Shown: positions 13,414 to 24,829 of the stretch, piece by piece
Numbering within the stretch: position 1 is the stretch's first letter
How the letters are laid out: every line of letters starts with the position of its first letter
Assembly (NCBI RefSeq): GCF_016433145.1
Contig: NC_058130.1
Location: forward strand, 167,159,972-167,223,971
Length of the DNA stretch: 64,000 bases
Direction of reading: 5' to 3'
Source: Gracilinanus agilis
Taxonomy: Eukaryota
Position numbers and translations under genes: made by a program
The notes under the pieces: generated by a model
What the model was told of the DNA's origin: nothing
Databases searched by the model: none
Seen by the model: the letters and a program-made list of their open reading frames with translations, nothing else

Positions 13414-13588
13414 GGGCAGCTGGGTAGCTCAGTGGATTGAGAGTCAAGCCTAGAGATGGGAGGTCCTAGGTTCAAATGTGGCTTCGGACACTTCCCAGCT
13501 CAGACCCTGGGCAAATCACTTGACCCCCATTGCCCACCCTTACCACTCTTCCACCTATGAGCCAATACACAGAAGTTGTGGGTTTAAA
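13414..13588 (+). mobile_element. Young opossum CORE-SINE inserted in an L2 tail
   Basis: Head gggcagctgggtagctcagtgg; TSD AAAAAATACTTGCTGA on both sides. Confidence 0.9.
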
Positions 13589-13809
13589 AAAAAATACTTG
13601 CTGACTGAGAAGGAAACAAGGTCAAATTCCTTGGGAAGCATTAAAAGATTGAGAAATTGGTGAAAAGCCAGTAACAAAAACAAAGAATTAGTGGTAATGA
13701 AAATCAAGAGAACATGATTTCTCCAAAGTTGGGGGATGAAGGAATATCCAACAGGAAAAGAAGGTCAAGAAAAATGAAGATTGAAAAAACTGAAACTGTA
13801 TTTTATGAT

Positions 13810-14050
13810 TGTTGTTCAGTCATTTCAGGGCTATTCAACTCTTTGTGATCCTGGTTTAGTGTGTTCTTGGCAAAGATATTGGAGTGGTTTGTCATTTCTT
13901 TCTAGCTTATTTTACAGATGAGGAAACGAAGGCAAACACTGACTTGCCCAGGGTCACGTAGCTAACAAATGTCTGAAGCCAGATTTGAACTCTGGAAGAT
14001 AAGTCTTCCTGATTCCAAGCCCAGTGCTCTATCTACTTTGCCACCTAGTT
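13810..14050 (-). mobile_element. MAR1-type CORE-SINE; similar copies near 31310-31562, 38975-39222, 53815-54003 and 62275-62460
   Basis: RTE-derived tail gttgttcagtcatttcag...gcaaagatattggagtggtttg joined to CORE and a tRNA-like head. Confidence 0.8.
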
Positions 14051-14879
14051 GTTCTAATTTGGTGAAATGGAATCCTTGATGATCTTGGAGAGAGCAATTT
14101 CAGTAGAGTCATGGTGGTAGAAGCTTGGTGGCAAAGAATTGAGAGGCCCTGGATAGTGAAGAAGTGGAGGCATTTGGCATAAATAACTTTTTCAATAAGT
14201 TTAGTAATGAAGTAAAAGACACTAATGGATATCTGGTCTCGCAAATAAAATTGTAAGTTTTTTGGAACAGAACTATGACTTAAAATTTTATATCTCCCCA
14301 AAGTTAAGAAAACACTTTACAAATAGTAGGTATGTTTGATGATTGAAAGGTTAACTCAAATCTCATCTAATTCATGAAATCTGCCTATCACTACCTCTGC
14401 TGCCTTTTGAAGTTTTTTTATACCATTAATTTTAGTAATTGACTACTATACTGAAACATTTAAACAATAATGATATAGGTTTCTTCATTGTCTTATGCTG
14501 ACTAAATTTAAATTCTTGACAGGACAGAATAGTCCTAGCCTACTTTAGTATTTTTCAAAAGGTCTTCCACAAGGTATGGCACAAATGAATATTTAATAAA
14601 AATAGGTTGAATAAATGAATGATGATGGGGTGAGAAATGAAAGAGAGATTCAGGGAGAGACACAAAGGGAAGAAGTGGGATAAACAGTACACTCCAGGGA
14701 AAAGTGAGAACGAGGAAGATAGAATTAAGATGGAAAGAGAGAAGGCATAAGAAATTTGTACACAATTTGACAAGGAGTGGGGGGAAGGCATGCCAAGATG
14801 TAATAAAAGATGAAGCAGGAGAGTATGGCTTAAAGGAAAAGATAAGAAACAAATCTCTCTAGAGCTGTGACAGTGCTGA

Positions 14880-16610
14880 TGGCATATTCATGTTATACAA
14901 CTTCAATGATGCTAAGTAATCCTTTTATATCTCCATTATTAAACTACTATCTCACTCCCCATAGCAGCTCTTCTAGACTTTTTCATCCCTCCTAAAACTT
15001 CCCACAGCTCTGCTTCCCCCTACTCTTGTGGCTGAGCACTTTGCTTCTTATTTTACTGAAAAAATTATTTTGCCAAGAATTCTCTTTTCTCCCCTTCTAT
15101 CACACTGGTTCTTTCTGTCATGTCTCTTCTTTTTTGCTCCTGTTTTACATGAGGAGGTAGCCTTTCTCCGTCCCAAGGAAAATCTGCACAAGTACAAGGG
15201 GAGTGCCCATCTCCTCTCTCATACTCATTCTTTCATTCATCTCCAATCTCTCCCTGTTTACTGAATGCTTCCCTACTACCTTACAACACGCTCATGATTC
15301 GTATTGTTAAAAAACCCTAACTTGATCCATCCATCTCTGTTAGCTATCATCTTATATTTCTTCTAACTTTTATGGCTCAACTTGAGAAGGCTATCTACAG
15401 AAGATGCCTCCACTTCCTTTTTGTCTCCCCTTCTTAAATCTTTACAATCTGGTTTCTGACCAGATTCAACTAAAAATTTTCCTAAGTTACTAATGGTTTC
15501 TTAATTGCCATATCCAATGGCCTTTTTCCAGTCCTCATCTTTCTTGATCACTCTGTTATGTTTGACATTGTCTATCACTCTCTTCTCTTGATACTCTTTT
15601 CTTTGTTTTCATTGCATTATTCTTTCCTGTTTTTCCTCCTACCTTCCTGACTGCTTTTTCTCAGTCTCCTTTGCCAGATCTTCATCCAGGTCATGATCAC
15701 TAACCCTCAGTACCCCCATTGTGCTCTGTCCTGTACCTTTTTCTTTTCTTTCTCTCTATGATTTTACTTGGTGAGCTTATCGTATTCCATGGATTCAATG
15801 ATCATCTCTGTGTTGATGATTCTTCCCTAATCTTTGCTGACCTCTAGTCTCACCTCTCTAACTGCCCATTAGACATCTTGAACTAGATGTCCCCTATCCC
15901 CCTGCCTTATTCAATCTATTGCCAAGGCCTGTAGGTTTCACCTTTGTAGCATCTCTTTAATATGCTCCCTCCTCTCATCATCCTGGTAAAGGTGCTCATC
16001 TCTTCACATCGGACTCTACTACTTTGCTGGGACTGACTGTTACAAGTCTCTTCCTGCTCTAATCTGTCCTCAACTCAGCTACCAAGGTGACTTTGCTAAA
16101 GTACAATTCTGACCATGTCACTTCCCCCCTCAATAATTTTAAGTGGCTCTTTATCATCTCCATGATCAAATACAAAATCCTGACTCTTCTTAACCTAGTC
16201 CTCCCTACCTTTCTTTTTTATAATGTAATTCTGCACCCCTCTTCCCCAAGTCCTCTTGGATCCTGTAACACTGGCTTCCTTGCAGTTCCTCAAAAACAAG
16301 ATACCACCTCAGACTTTTTGTTGGCTATCCCCAATGCCTGGAATGCTTTCTCATGTTTACCTCCTGGTTTCCTTTGAGCCCCAGTTAAAATTTCATTCTA
16401 CCAGAAGCCTTTCCTCTTATTTTGAGTTCCTTCCTTCTGTTGATTACTTCCTATTTATCTTGCATATAGGGTTTGTACACAGTTTTTTGCAGGTTGTTTC
16501 CTCCACTAGAGAACAAGGACTGTTTCTTGGCCTTCTTTGTATCCTCAGACTTAGTACAGTGCCTGGAACATAGTAGGTGCTTAGTCAATGTTTAATAACT
16601 GACTTACTGA
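14880..16610 (+). mobile_element. L2 LINE 3' portion
   Basis: Pyrimidine-rich decayed ORF2 ending in the L2 tail cttagtacagtgcctggaacatagtaggtgctt. Confidence 0.75.
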
Positions 16611-17328
16611 CAGTGATTCATAAAGAGCATTCTCTCGTTTCTCCACATCCCCTTCTCTCCCTGATAACCTCCTCTCTTGGGCTTTTCTCTCTCCCTAAGA
16701 GCAACCTAGTCATCTCCTGGCTTGTTTGGCCTTCTTTGTAATTTCAATCACGTCACATAGTATCATCCTTTGGACTTCCTCTTTGCCCCACCCTAACTGA
16801 GGTACCCCTACTCCCAATCTCATTCCAGTTCTCTGTGTCATAGCTCCCTCCCCACCCTGGCATGGGGAAACTGAGGCCCAGGTTTAGGATCTAGAGTGAT
16901 TCAGTCTGTGTTCAAGCTCCTCTGAATTCAAGGGTCCAGGGAGCCTAAGCCATACACATATATATTACTCTTCTCACATGTTCCCAAGGTTCACTCTCTG
17001 GCTTAAACAATTCAGGGGAAAAACTAGATTAGGCTGGTGCCCACAAAAAGAATAGAGCTGTAAGATAAAGCAAAGGCAGAAAGTGGTTTAACTTGACTCT
17101 ACTCAGTAACTGGTGGGGAAATGGCAGAGGATCTGAACTCATGCAGACTTTAGGGCCTTTGTAGCAGTTACTTTGCTACTTTCTTCATATTACTCTAGAT
17201 TTTCCCAAACTTAGACATAATTAGTTCTGGGTTTTTTCCCCTACCCTTGTGTTTCCTAACCTGATTCAAAGTCATGCTTCCCTGACCATTCTGCATCCAC
17301 CTGTTTCTTTTTGTTTATCTGTTTAAAC

Positions 17329-17520
17329 CAGTGATTCCCAAAGTGGGCACTACCGCCCCCTAGTGGGGGCTGCATCGATCCAGGAAGCGGTGATGGCCAC
17401 AGGTGCATTTATCTTCCCTATTAATTGCTATTAAAACTAAAAAAAAATTAATTTCCAGGGGGCTAAGTAATATTTTTTCTGGAAAGGGGGCGGTAGGTCA
17501 AAAAAGTTTGGGAGCCACTG
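17329..17520 (-). mobile_element. hAT (Charlie-group) MITE, 192 bp, copy 1
   Basis: TIRs CAGTGATTCCCAAA / TTTGGGAGCCACTG; 8-bp TSD GTTTAAAC at 17321-17328 and 17521-17528. Confidence 0.9.
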
Positions 17521-18540
17521 GTTTAAACCCTTACTTGCTTCCTTAGAATCAATACTAAATATTGGTTCTAAGGTAGAAGATTGGTAAAGGCTAGATAATT
17601 GGGGCTGTTTATCTGCCCAGGGTCACACAGGAAGTCAGAACCCCGGACCTCCCATTTCCAGGCCTGGCACTCTATCCACTGAGCCACCTAGCTACCCCTT
17701 GTTCCTTATTTCAAGGTGCATGCACTCTCTACTTTATTCATCTTGGACTGTCAAGCGGTGTCATCCTTTGGATCTCAATCTGGGGAGGTAGGGAAAAGCA
17801 GGAAGAGAGAACCATGGTCCTGAAATGAATCTTGGACAGGTTCTAGGATAAATGGAAATTTTAAATGGAAAGCTAAAGTAATGTCTCTGGCAGTCTGGTA
17901 TGCTACTCTCTTTATTCTTTTGAAGGCATCTTGAAATTATTATTGATTATTTAATGTGATTATTAAACACCAAATATTATCCACTAAAGTAGCTGAACTG
18001 ATATTTCTAAGGTTCCTCCCAGCTTTAAATCTATGACTCTTGGAGCCATTGCAGATTGCCTCCTATCTTGACCATTCCCCCAAATCTTGAAGGTGTCCAG
18101 ATGAACTTTTAAGGGTAGTTTAGCTGATGGAATAGGAAGAGATTCTGAATATGTTTAGAGTTGGTGGGACAGCTAACTCATTGTTGCTTCCTCACAACAG
18201 TCATAAAATTGGTCCCTATTTTTCTTTCCCTTGCTCTGGATGACTAGCCATCTGGAAGCATAAACAATAGCCTAGAGTGAAAGCACAATAGTTCATGGAA
18301 AAGAGGACAGATAGCAGGAGGTCAGGGTTCTAGTAGTTTTAGTGCTGAGCAACGCAGGGCCCAGAGTTTCCTAGAGGTTGAGTAGTAAAGGTATGACATG
18401 CCCTCAGTGAAGACCTCACTTATTCCATTTTCTCCTAGCTCAAATAATAGGGTAATAAGAAGGAAAAATACGTCTGGCACACGAGGCACCACTCATCCAT
18501 TGTAAAGATTTTATGGAGTAAGAACTCAGGGAACACTCAC

Positions 18541-18920
18541 CTGAAACCCATGCCCAAGTGCTTCATTTTGTTGCTCATGGAGACGTTGTTGGCATTGAAA
18601 GGTTTCCTCTTCTCAGGAAATTCATGAGCTAGGCAGATTCGCCAACCAAACTGAGGTACTTGGTGGCCCATGGTTGTGCCCTCATAGGCAGCCATCAGCT
18701 GTCCAGGATCTTCTGGGATTCCATTGTTTGGCTCATTCTTTGTGTTCTCTGGGTTCTCACAGTCTGGATTGTTCCCAGGCACCGGGTCTTCTAAGATTCC
18801 CCATCTTGGGCTCCCCATCTTTTGGGCACCAGACTTGTCTGTCCAAAAAGCTCCCAGGTCACCTTTTGCGTCCTTAATTCCTCTAATCTCGGGGGTCGTG
18901 GTTCCCAAATGCTCTTCCAT
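18541..18920 (-). CDS. GBA2: GBA2 (non-lysosomal glucosylceramidase) coding exon 1
   Basis: ATG at 18920 in strong Kozak context (accATGg). Translation MEEHLG...EDPGQLMAAYEGTTMGHQVPQFGWRICLAHEFPEKRKPFNANNVSMSNKMKHLGMGF matches the recalled human GBA2 exon-1 C-terminal half. Ends AG|GTGAGT; 380 nt, phase 2. Confidence 0.95.
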
Positions 18921-19870
18921 GGTCCTGGGTCCTGGGGTGTCGGGATCTGAGTCCAACGTTAGCAAAGTTCTGACCGGAGAACCGTCTGCTGTCAAGTTCC
19001 TGGGCTGAGCGGTGATTCGGCCGGCCCGCTTGCTTCGCTGCCCTCGGGCTTCCCCAGTCCTTCTGGGGGTCAGTTTGGACAGGGATGAACTGAGCCTGGG
19101 CCTCAGAGGAGAGGGAGGACTGAATCACTTCCTTGAATCCTGGGTGGGAACGACTGGACCGAGACGTGCTGGTCATGGGGCCGAGAAGAGGCCGACTGGA
19201 CAGCCACAGGGGAGGAGGGTGGAGCCCCTTTATCGGGCCTCAAAGGCTCCGCCCCGCCCTGCGGGCGGACCGGACCGAGGCGCCAGGTCCCAGCCCCGAA
19301 GTGGCCCCCCCTTCCGGTCCCGGGGGGCCCGGAGTCAGGGATCGCGTCCCCCTCCGGCTCTTCCGACCGGAAGAGGCTCTTGCAGGAATCAGACAGGAAG
19401 TTCCGCCTCTCGGGCCGGCACCCCACGTACGCCACGTCACGTCGCACTACGCCACGCCGAGCCGAAAGGACGAGGAAGTAGAGGCACCGGCAGCAGCAAG
19501 TAGCTCGAAATTTGGAGTGGCAGCCGCGGGTCTTCTGGGCGGGTCCTTGGGCTAGGAGCGGTAAATCAAGGGAAACTGCTGGAGGGAGAGAGCTGGAGGG
19601 GGGGGTGGGGGTGGGGACAGGGACAGCCCCGGGTAGGGAAGGGCAGGGCCACGGCTGCTTAGTCCTCAGCTTTCCTAGCGTCTTTCTTTGGCATGATCTG
19701 GTGTCTCCTCTCCCAGAGCAGCGGCGTCAAGTTCTCCAGGTGCATCCCGGGACTGATCTCCCACCTCCCCACCCCGCTTGACCTCAAGACCTGCCACCAG
19801 TCGATCCCCCTCCCCTTATTCCCCCCCCCCCGTCTGTCTGCGGTGCACGTGACGTGTCTATGGAATTGGC
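18900..19870. promoter_or_regulatory. CpG-island bidirectional promoter of GBA2 (-) and RGP1 (+)
   Basis: High CpG density between two divergent genes. Inverted ETS/GABP pair CTCTTCCG-AC-CGGAAGAG at 19358-19375, a further GGAAGT site, GC boxes, and an ACGT-core cluster at 19424-19443. Confidence 0.9.
19470..19560 (+). other. RGP1: Probable non-coding first exon of RGP1
   Basis: GCG|GTAAAT donor after 19560, inside the CpG island. The next exon (acceptor before 20063) carries the ATG. The exon start is approximate. Confidence 0.45.
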
Positions 19871-20080
19871 TTCTCCTTTGGACTGTGAGCTTTTGAGAAT
19901 CTTTCTTTGGGGCCCCAGCTCTTGGCACAGATCCTGACATATAGCAGACACTTAAGCAAATGCATGTTGACTGAGCCCAGCATTCTGTCCCTCTCTATTT
20001 CACACCCCTTTGCCCTCAATGTTCAATGCTGACATTTGATCTCATTTGACATTCCTATGTAGAGCTGCCCCAGGGCTACC

Positions 20081-20196
20081 ATGATTGAGTTGGTAGCAGA
20101 GCTGAGCCGAGGCCCTGTGTTTTTGGCTGGGGAGGCACTGGAGTGTGTGGTGACTGTCACAAACCCCCTATCTCCCACGGCCACCTCTGCATCCAG
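20081..20196 (+). CDS. RGP1: RGP1 (RAB6A GEF complex partner 1) coding exon 1
   Basis: Acceptor at 20061-20062; accATG at 20081; [38 protein letters not shown]; AG|gtactc. Confidence 0.96.
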
Positions 20197-20790
20197 GTAC
20201 TCACTTTGTGGAATGGCAAGGAACAGAACAGGGCTCTGTCGTGTGACCTGAGGGAGGGAGCCCCTTACCTGTATTCCTTGGGATGGGCAGTTTCTATAAC
20301 TATTCCCTCTCCCATTCTTTTAGTTTGTGTTCATTTTGCATAAATCTTATACTTATATTTGTACATATTGTTTTCCCCTTGATCAGAATATAAACTCTAG
20401 GGCAGAAAAAGTTTCATTTTTGTTTTTGAATCTTAAGCACCACCACTTTGCACTCTGCCTGGTATATAAGTACTTTGCAAATGTTCCTCGATTGATTTGT
20501 TGAACTTCTTGTTTCATCCTAAACTTTGTGGGGAATGCTATGCATGACATAGGACGCCCCTATCCCATGACTTTGCCAACTAAGACTGTTAGACTTCTGC
20601 TTTCTAGATGCTCTTTGAGGCCTATAGTCTTCAGGATTATGGATCTGGAGCAGTTCTTTATTTGACTTTAGTTAAGAGATCAGGGTTTCTTGGGCCTGGA
20701 GTAAGGGGTGGTGAGGGGAAGTGAATGAGCAAGTACAAAGTTTGTGGGGATCAGAACCTGCCTCTGAAATACTTATCCCTTCCCCAACAG

Positions 20791-20927
20791 TGAAGCATTG
20801 GCCTGGGCCAGTGCCCAGATACATTGCCAGTTCCATGCCAGTGAGAGCCGTGTGGCACTGCCTCCCCCAGACTCCAGCCAACCAGATGTTCAGCCTGACA
20901 GCCAGACTGTGTTCTTGCCACACCGAG
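20791..20927 (+). CDS. RGP1: RGP1 coding exon 2
   Basis: caacag|T ... G|gttagg; [45 protein letters not shown]; 137 nt. Confidence 0.96.
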
Positions 20928-21409
20928 GTTAGGGGCACATGTATCTTTTATTATTCAAGGCATGGAATCTGTCTTGACTAGAACCTTATTAACTGAGGAA
21001 TTGGTGTTACCATATAAGGGTTGGGTATTGCTGGTGATGTTGGTGCTATGCTATCCCTGACACAAGGTTGGGAAGAGTAGCAGGAATTATCAGACTCCTT
21101 GTCCTTGTCATCTATGGGTGATGACTGTCAGAGTCACATGAAGGTAGGATTATATGCCTTGTCATACAGTTGTCTGTATGACTGACTATAACATGGGAGG
21201 GATCACTGATGATTCTTGTCTCATAAAATGAGAGTAAGATTATTGGATTGTATGCCCATGTCATAGCAGAAGAGTAATCTGGAATTTCATGGCATCCTAA
21301 GTACAGATGTTATCACTATTTGGTATCTCCTCCTCATTACTTTCATGGCTTCCTCTGTCCCTTACTTTGTGTCCTTGAGTCTCATTCAGATTTACTGGTC
21401 TCTCTCCAG

Positions 21410-21493
21410 GTGAGCGGGGTCAGTGTATCTTATCTACTCCTCCAAAGATTCTGTTCTGTGACTTGAGGCTAGACCCTGGAGAGTCCAAGTCCT
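21410..21493 (+). CDS. RGP1: RGP1 coding exon 3
   Basis: ctccag|GT ... T|gtgagt; [28 protein letters not shown]; 84 nt. Confidence 0.96.
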
Positions 21494-21588
21494 GTGAGTA
21501 GGATGCTTTTCTTTTTAATACCCTCTACCCATAGCCTAACAGAAGTGTTAGGGAAACCTTCCCATATTCCTGTCTTCTTTCTACCTAG

Positions 21589-21738
21589 ATTCCTACAGTG
21601 AGGTGCTTCCTGTGGAAGGGCCCCCATCTTTTCGGGGTCAATCTGTCAAGTATGTCTACAAGCTGACCATTGGCTGCCAGCGGGTTAACTGCCCCATCAC
21701 TTTGCTTAGGGTCCCACTGAGGGTGCTTGTGTTGACTG
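21589..21738 (+). CDS. RGP1: RGP1 coding exon 4
   Basis: acctag|AT ... G|gtgagt; [50 protein letters not shown]; 150 nt. Confidence 0.96.
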
Positions 21739-21952
21739 GTGAGTGGCAGAGTCACTGGAAAGGTGGGAAGTAGTAGAGGAGAGAATAGTCCTTGGGATGT
21801 GGAATAAGGAGAACTTCAAGGAAGCTTCCCATATTCATTGAAGGTGCTATAGGATGATAAGAATTAGGGCTCTGGAGAATAGGTTGAGTTTTATGTTCCC
21901 ATGATCTCTTCCTACATTGGAGCTTCATATGTTTCCTAATTCTACGTGCTTA

Positions 21953-22139
21953 GGGGCAGCTGGGTAGCTCAGTGGATTGAGAGTCTGGCCTAGAGTCAGG
22001 AGGTCCTAGGTTCAAATCCTGCCTCAGACACTTCCCAGCTGTGTGACCCTGGGCAAGTCACTTAACCCCCATTGCCCACCCTTACCGCTCTTCCACCAAG
22101 GAGCCAATACTCAGAAGTTAAGGGTTTTAAAAAAAAAAA
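21953..22139 (+). mobile_element. Young opossum CORE-SINE in an RGP1 intron
   Basis: Full head to A-tail; TSD AATTCT(A/G)CGTGCTTA with 1 mismatch. Confidence 0.9.
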
Positions 22140-22349
22140 AATTCTGCGTGCTTACTATTCTATTCCTTTATGGTTCCCATTATTCCTTCTGATGCTGTGC
22201 CATCTGTTCTCTGTATAGAGTCCTACATCTCCCTAATCTGTTTCTAATCCCTCTGATACTTCTCAACCCACAATCTTTTTTAACTCTTCCAATATTCCTC
22301 ATTCCCTTGCCCATTCCTCTATATACTTTATCTCATATTCTCTCCCCAG

Positions 22350-22496
22350 GTTTCCAAGATGCCCTTTTTCCCCAGGATGAGGTTGTGGCTCCGTCTAGCC
22401 CATTCCTGGAAGAAGAAGAAGTAGGTAGAAAGGACTCCCGTCTAGCAGAATTAGCAGGAGAGTTCCTCATGGCTGCCACATCCCGACGCAGTTTGT
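22350..22496 (+). CDS. RGP1: RGP1 coding exon 5
   Basis: ccccag|GT ... T|gtaagg; [49 protein letters not shown]; 147 nt. Confidence 0.95.
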
Positions 22497-22850
22497 GTAA
22501 GGATATTTCCCTCCCAAAAGCCTCCCTTCAGAGATACCTTCATGTGTAAACTCAGAACAATTTGTGAGGAGGGCTGTCTTCTGTTTCATCTTGTGTAAGG
22601 ATATTTCCCCTTTGAAAAAACTTCCCTGTAGAGATAACTCCTCGTGTATACTCCTAGACCAAATTGTGAGCACTGCCCTCTAGTCAGTTCTAGGACTCAG
22701 GGTACTCCCTCCTCAATATACCCATCCTTTTTGAGCCCTCTTCCTTTCAATTGGTTGTCATTATAATCTAATCGGTACTGGATCCTTAGGAAGGGACCTT
22801 TGCTGACATGGGAGTCTTGGCTCACAGATTCCCATTTCCCCTACCCCCAG

Positions 22851-22978
22851 ATCTGTACAATATCAGCGACGGTCGAGGGAAAGTTGGGACTTTTGGAATC
22901 TTCAAGTCCGTGTACAGACTTGGGGAGGACGTAATAGGGACCCTGAACCTGGGGGAGGGGACTGTGGCCTGTTTACAG
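22851..22978 (+). CDS. RGP1: RGP1 coding exon 6
   Basis: ccccag|AT ... CAG|gtgagg; [42 protein letters not shown]; 128 nt. Confidence 0.96.
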
Positions 22979-23246
22979 GTGAGGGGGAGAGAATGCCATG
23001 GGGGAAATGGGAGGTGGGGATGCATTTTGCTGTTGACCTGTATTGCAGTTGTAGGGATGGGAGCCCAGGAAGGGGTCCATGAAGGAAGTCATTGGGGGTG
23101 GTAAGATTCATAGAATATCCATGGTGGTGGTGGGGATGACCCACAGTGGGATGATATAAAGAGTGTATGGGTAGAAAGGGCTATAAATTGGGGCATTCTA
23201 TCCATTCAGTGGCCACTGATTTTCGATTGTGAACTGCTTTCATCAG

Positions 23247-23436
23247 TTCTCAGTGAGTCTACAGACAGAAGAGACTGTCCAGCCTGAGTATCAGAGGCGC
23301 CGGGGGACAAGTGGTACTCCATCTGTGTCCCATGTGACTCATGCCCGACACCAGGAATCCTGTCTACATACAACCAGAACTAGCTTCTCTCTTCCCATTC
23401 CACTAAGCTCTACTCCAGGCTTCTGCACAGCCATTG
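23247..23436 (+). CDS. RGP1: RGP1 coding exon 7
   Basis: catcag|TTC ... G|gtgagg; [20 protein letters not shown]...[18 protein letters not shown]; 190 nt. Confidence 0.96.
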
Positions 23437-23886
23437 GTGAGGTTCTATATTGATACTAGTCTCACCCCATTACTGCCTCAATTACTGTGGGATGGGACTA
23501 CACTATTCCTGGGTGGGCAGGACTGACCCTCATTTTGAATATTATCCCACTCAAAAACTCCACAGCAAACTCCCACACTTCCTGTCTTCCGTGATAATAT
23601 AATATTGACTTCTGCTTCCTAACACACTCACTCCAGCTATCTGATGCTGGTCCCACACTGAACTTTAGCTTATTAGCCTCTTGCTGCCTACCACCTTGAT
23701 CTGATCTCAGATCTCTAGTCTGAAGGTCTGTAGAGGTATCCATGAACCTCCATCCTCAGCTCTGATAACTATCCCCCTTCCCCCATTTTTCTTATCACAG
23801 TGGCTTCTCTCCCTCCTGACCTTTTTGTTTCCCCACTCATCTGCTTTTTCCCTTTCATTCTGACCCTTCCCCCCATCTTCTTCCAG

Positions 23887-24110
23887 TGTCCTTGAAGTGG
23901 AGACTACATTTTGAATTTGTGACATCTCGGGAACCTGGCTTGGCACTGCTACCCCCAATGGAACAGCCTGAGCCTGTGGTCTGGACGGGACCTGAACAAG
24001 TGCCTGTGGACACCTTCAGCTGGGACCTCCCCATCAAGGTGCTGCCCACGAGTCCTACGCTGGTTTCCTATGTTGCTCCAGGACCCAGTGCCAGCACTGT
24101 CACCATCTGA
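23887..24110 (+). CDS. RGP1: RGP1 last coding exon
   Basis: ttccag|TG; [17 protein letters not shown]...[13 protein letters not shown] at 24108-24110. All exon phases chain in frame. Confidence 0.96.
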
Positions 24111-24254
24111 TTTGGGTTTTAGACCCCCACCATGGCACTTTTGGTGCCTAGACACAGCATGGAAAGACAGACACCATGGCCCTCTCCTTCCTTTCTGGGG
24201 CTGTGCAAGTCTGAGAAGGAACTCCATGGCAGGCATTGGCTGTCCATTAACTTA

Positions 24255-24269
24255 TTTATTTAGAATAAA
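24255..24269. terminator. Back-to-back poly(A) signals: MSMP (-, 24255-24260) and RGP1 (+, 24264-24269)
   Basis: The sequence TTTATT-TAG-AATAAA lies between the two convergent stop codons (24110 and 24351). Confidence 0.7.
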
Positions 24270-24350
24270 TTCACAGCTGCTAGTGGTTTCCCTGGAGGTG
24301 GCAGCAGCCGCAGTGGGCAGGCAGGCAGCAGAGTGGATGGTCAGTAGAAT

Positions 24351-24531
24351 CTAACTGGGACGTGGTCTTGGGGCCCCAGCATCAGGGGTATTGGCTGAGC
24401 CCCATTCAGGGTCAGGTGGGCCTCCCCTGCAGGGCAGATGTGGGTCGGATTTTTGCACCAGGGAGATGTGGCAGGTCCCTTCCTCCCGTCGTACCTCACA
24501 CCCAGCTGGGAAGTCGATAGGATGCTGGGAC
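24351..24531 (-). CDS. MSMP: MSMP coding exon 3
   Basis: catctag|G; [62 protein letters not shown] at 24351-24353. Confidence 0.95.
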
Positions 24532-24829
24532 CTAGATGAACATTATGGGTAAGGAAATTTCACACTGAGGTTGCTGCTTCTCCCCTACAGCCTCGCCTCC
24601 AGCCAAATCATTCTATTTCATGGAACCTTGTTTTAAAGCAAGAATAGGATTTGACTTCCACCCTAGACATTAACCTATTCTTCTCTTCCCAATCAAATAC
24701 AATATATTCTTCCTTTTCCATATACCTTAATCCCTTTTGTCACATCTAGTTAATCTTATGACATCCCTAGTCATTTCCCTCCTTCCATACTTCCCTATTC
24801 CCACATTATAGCAATCCCAGATCACTTAC

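Noticed and set aside
19012-19940. Several long ORFs on both strands in the GBA2/RGP1 promoter
   Set aside because: Low-complexity Pro/Gly/Arg/Ala peptides, expected from stop-codon scarcity in CpG islands. No homology recognised.
21953-22030. tRNA-like A-box/B-box sequences (here and in many other copies)
   Set aside because: These are heads of tRNA-derived CORE-SINEs, followed by CORE and tail sequence, not tRNA genes.
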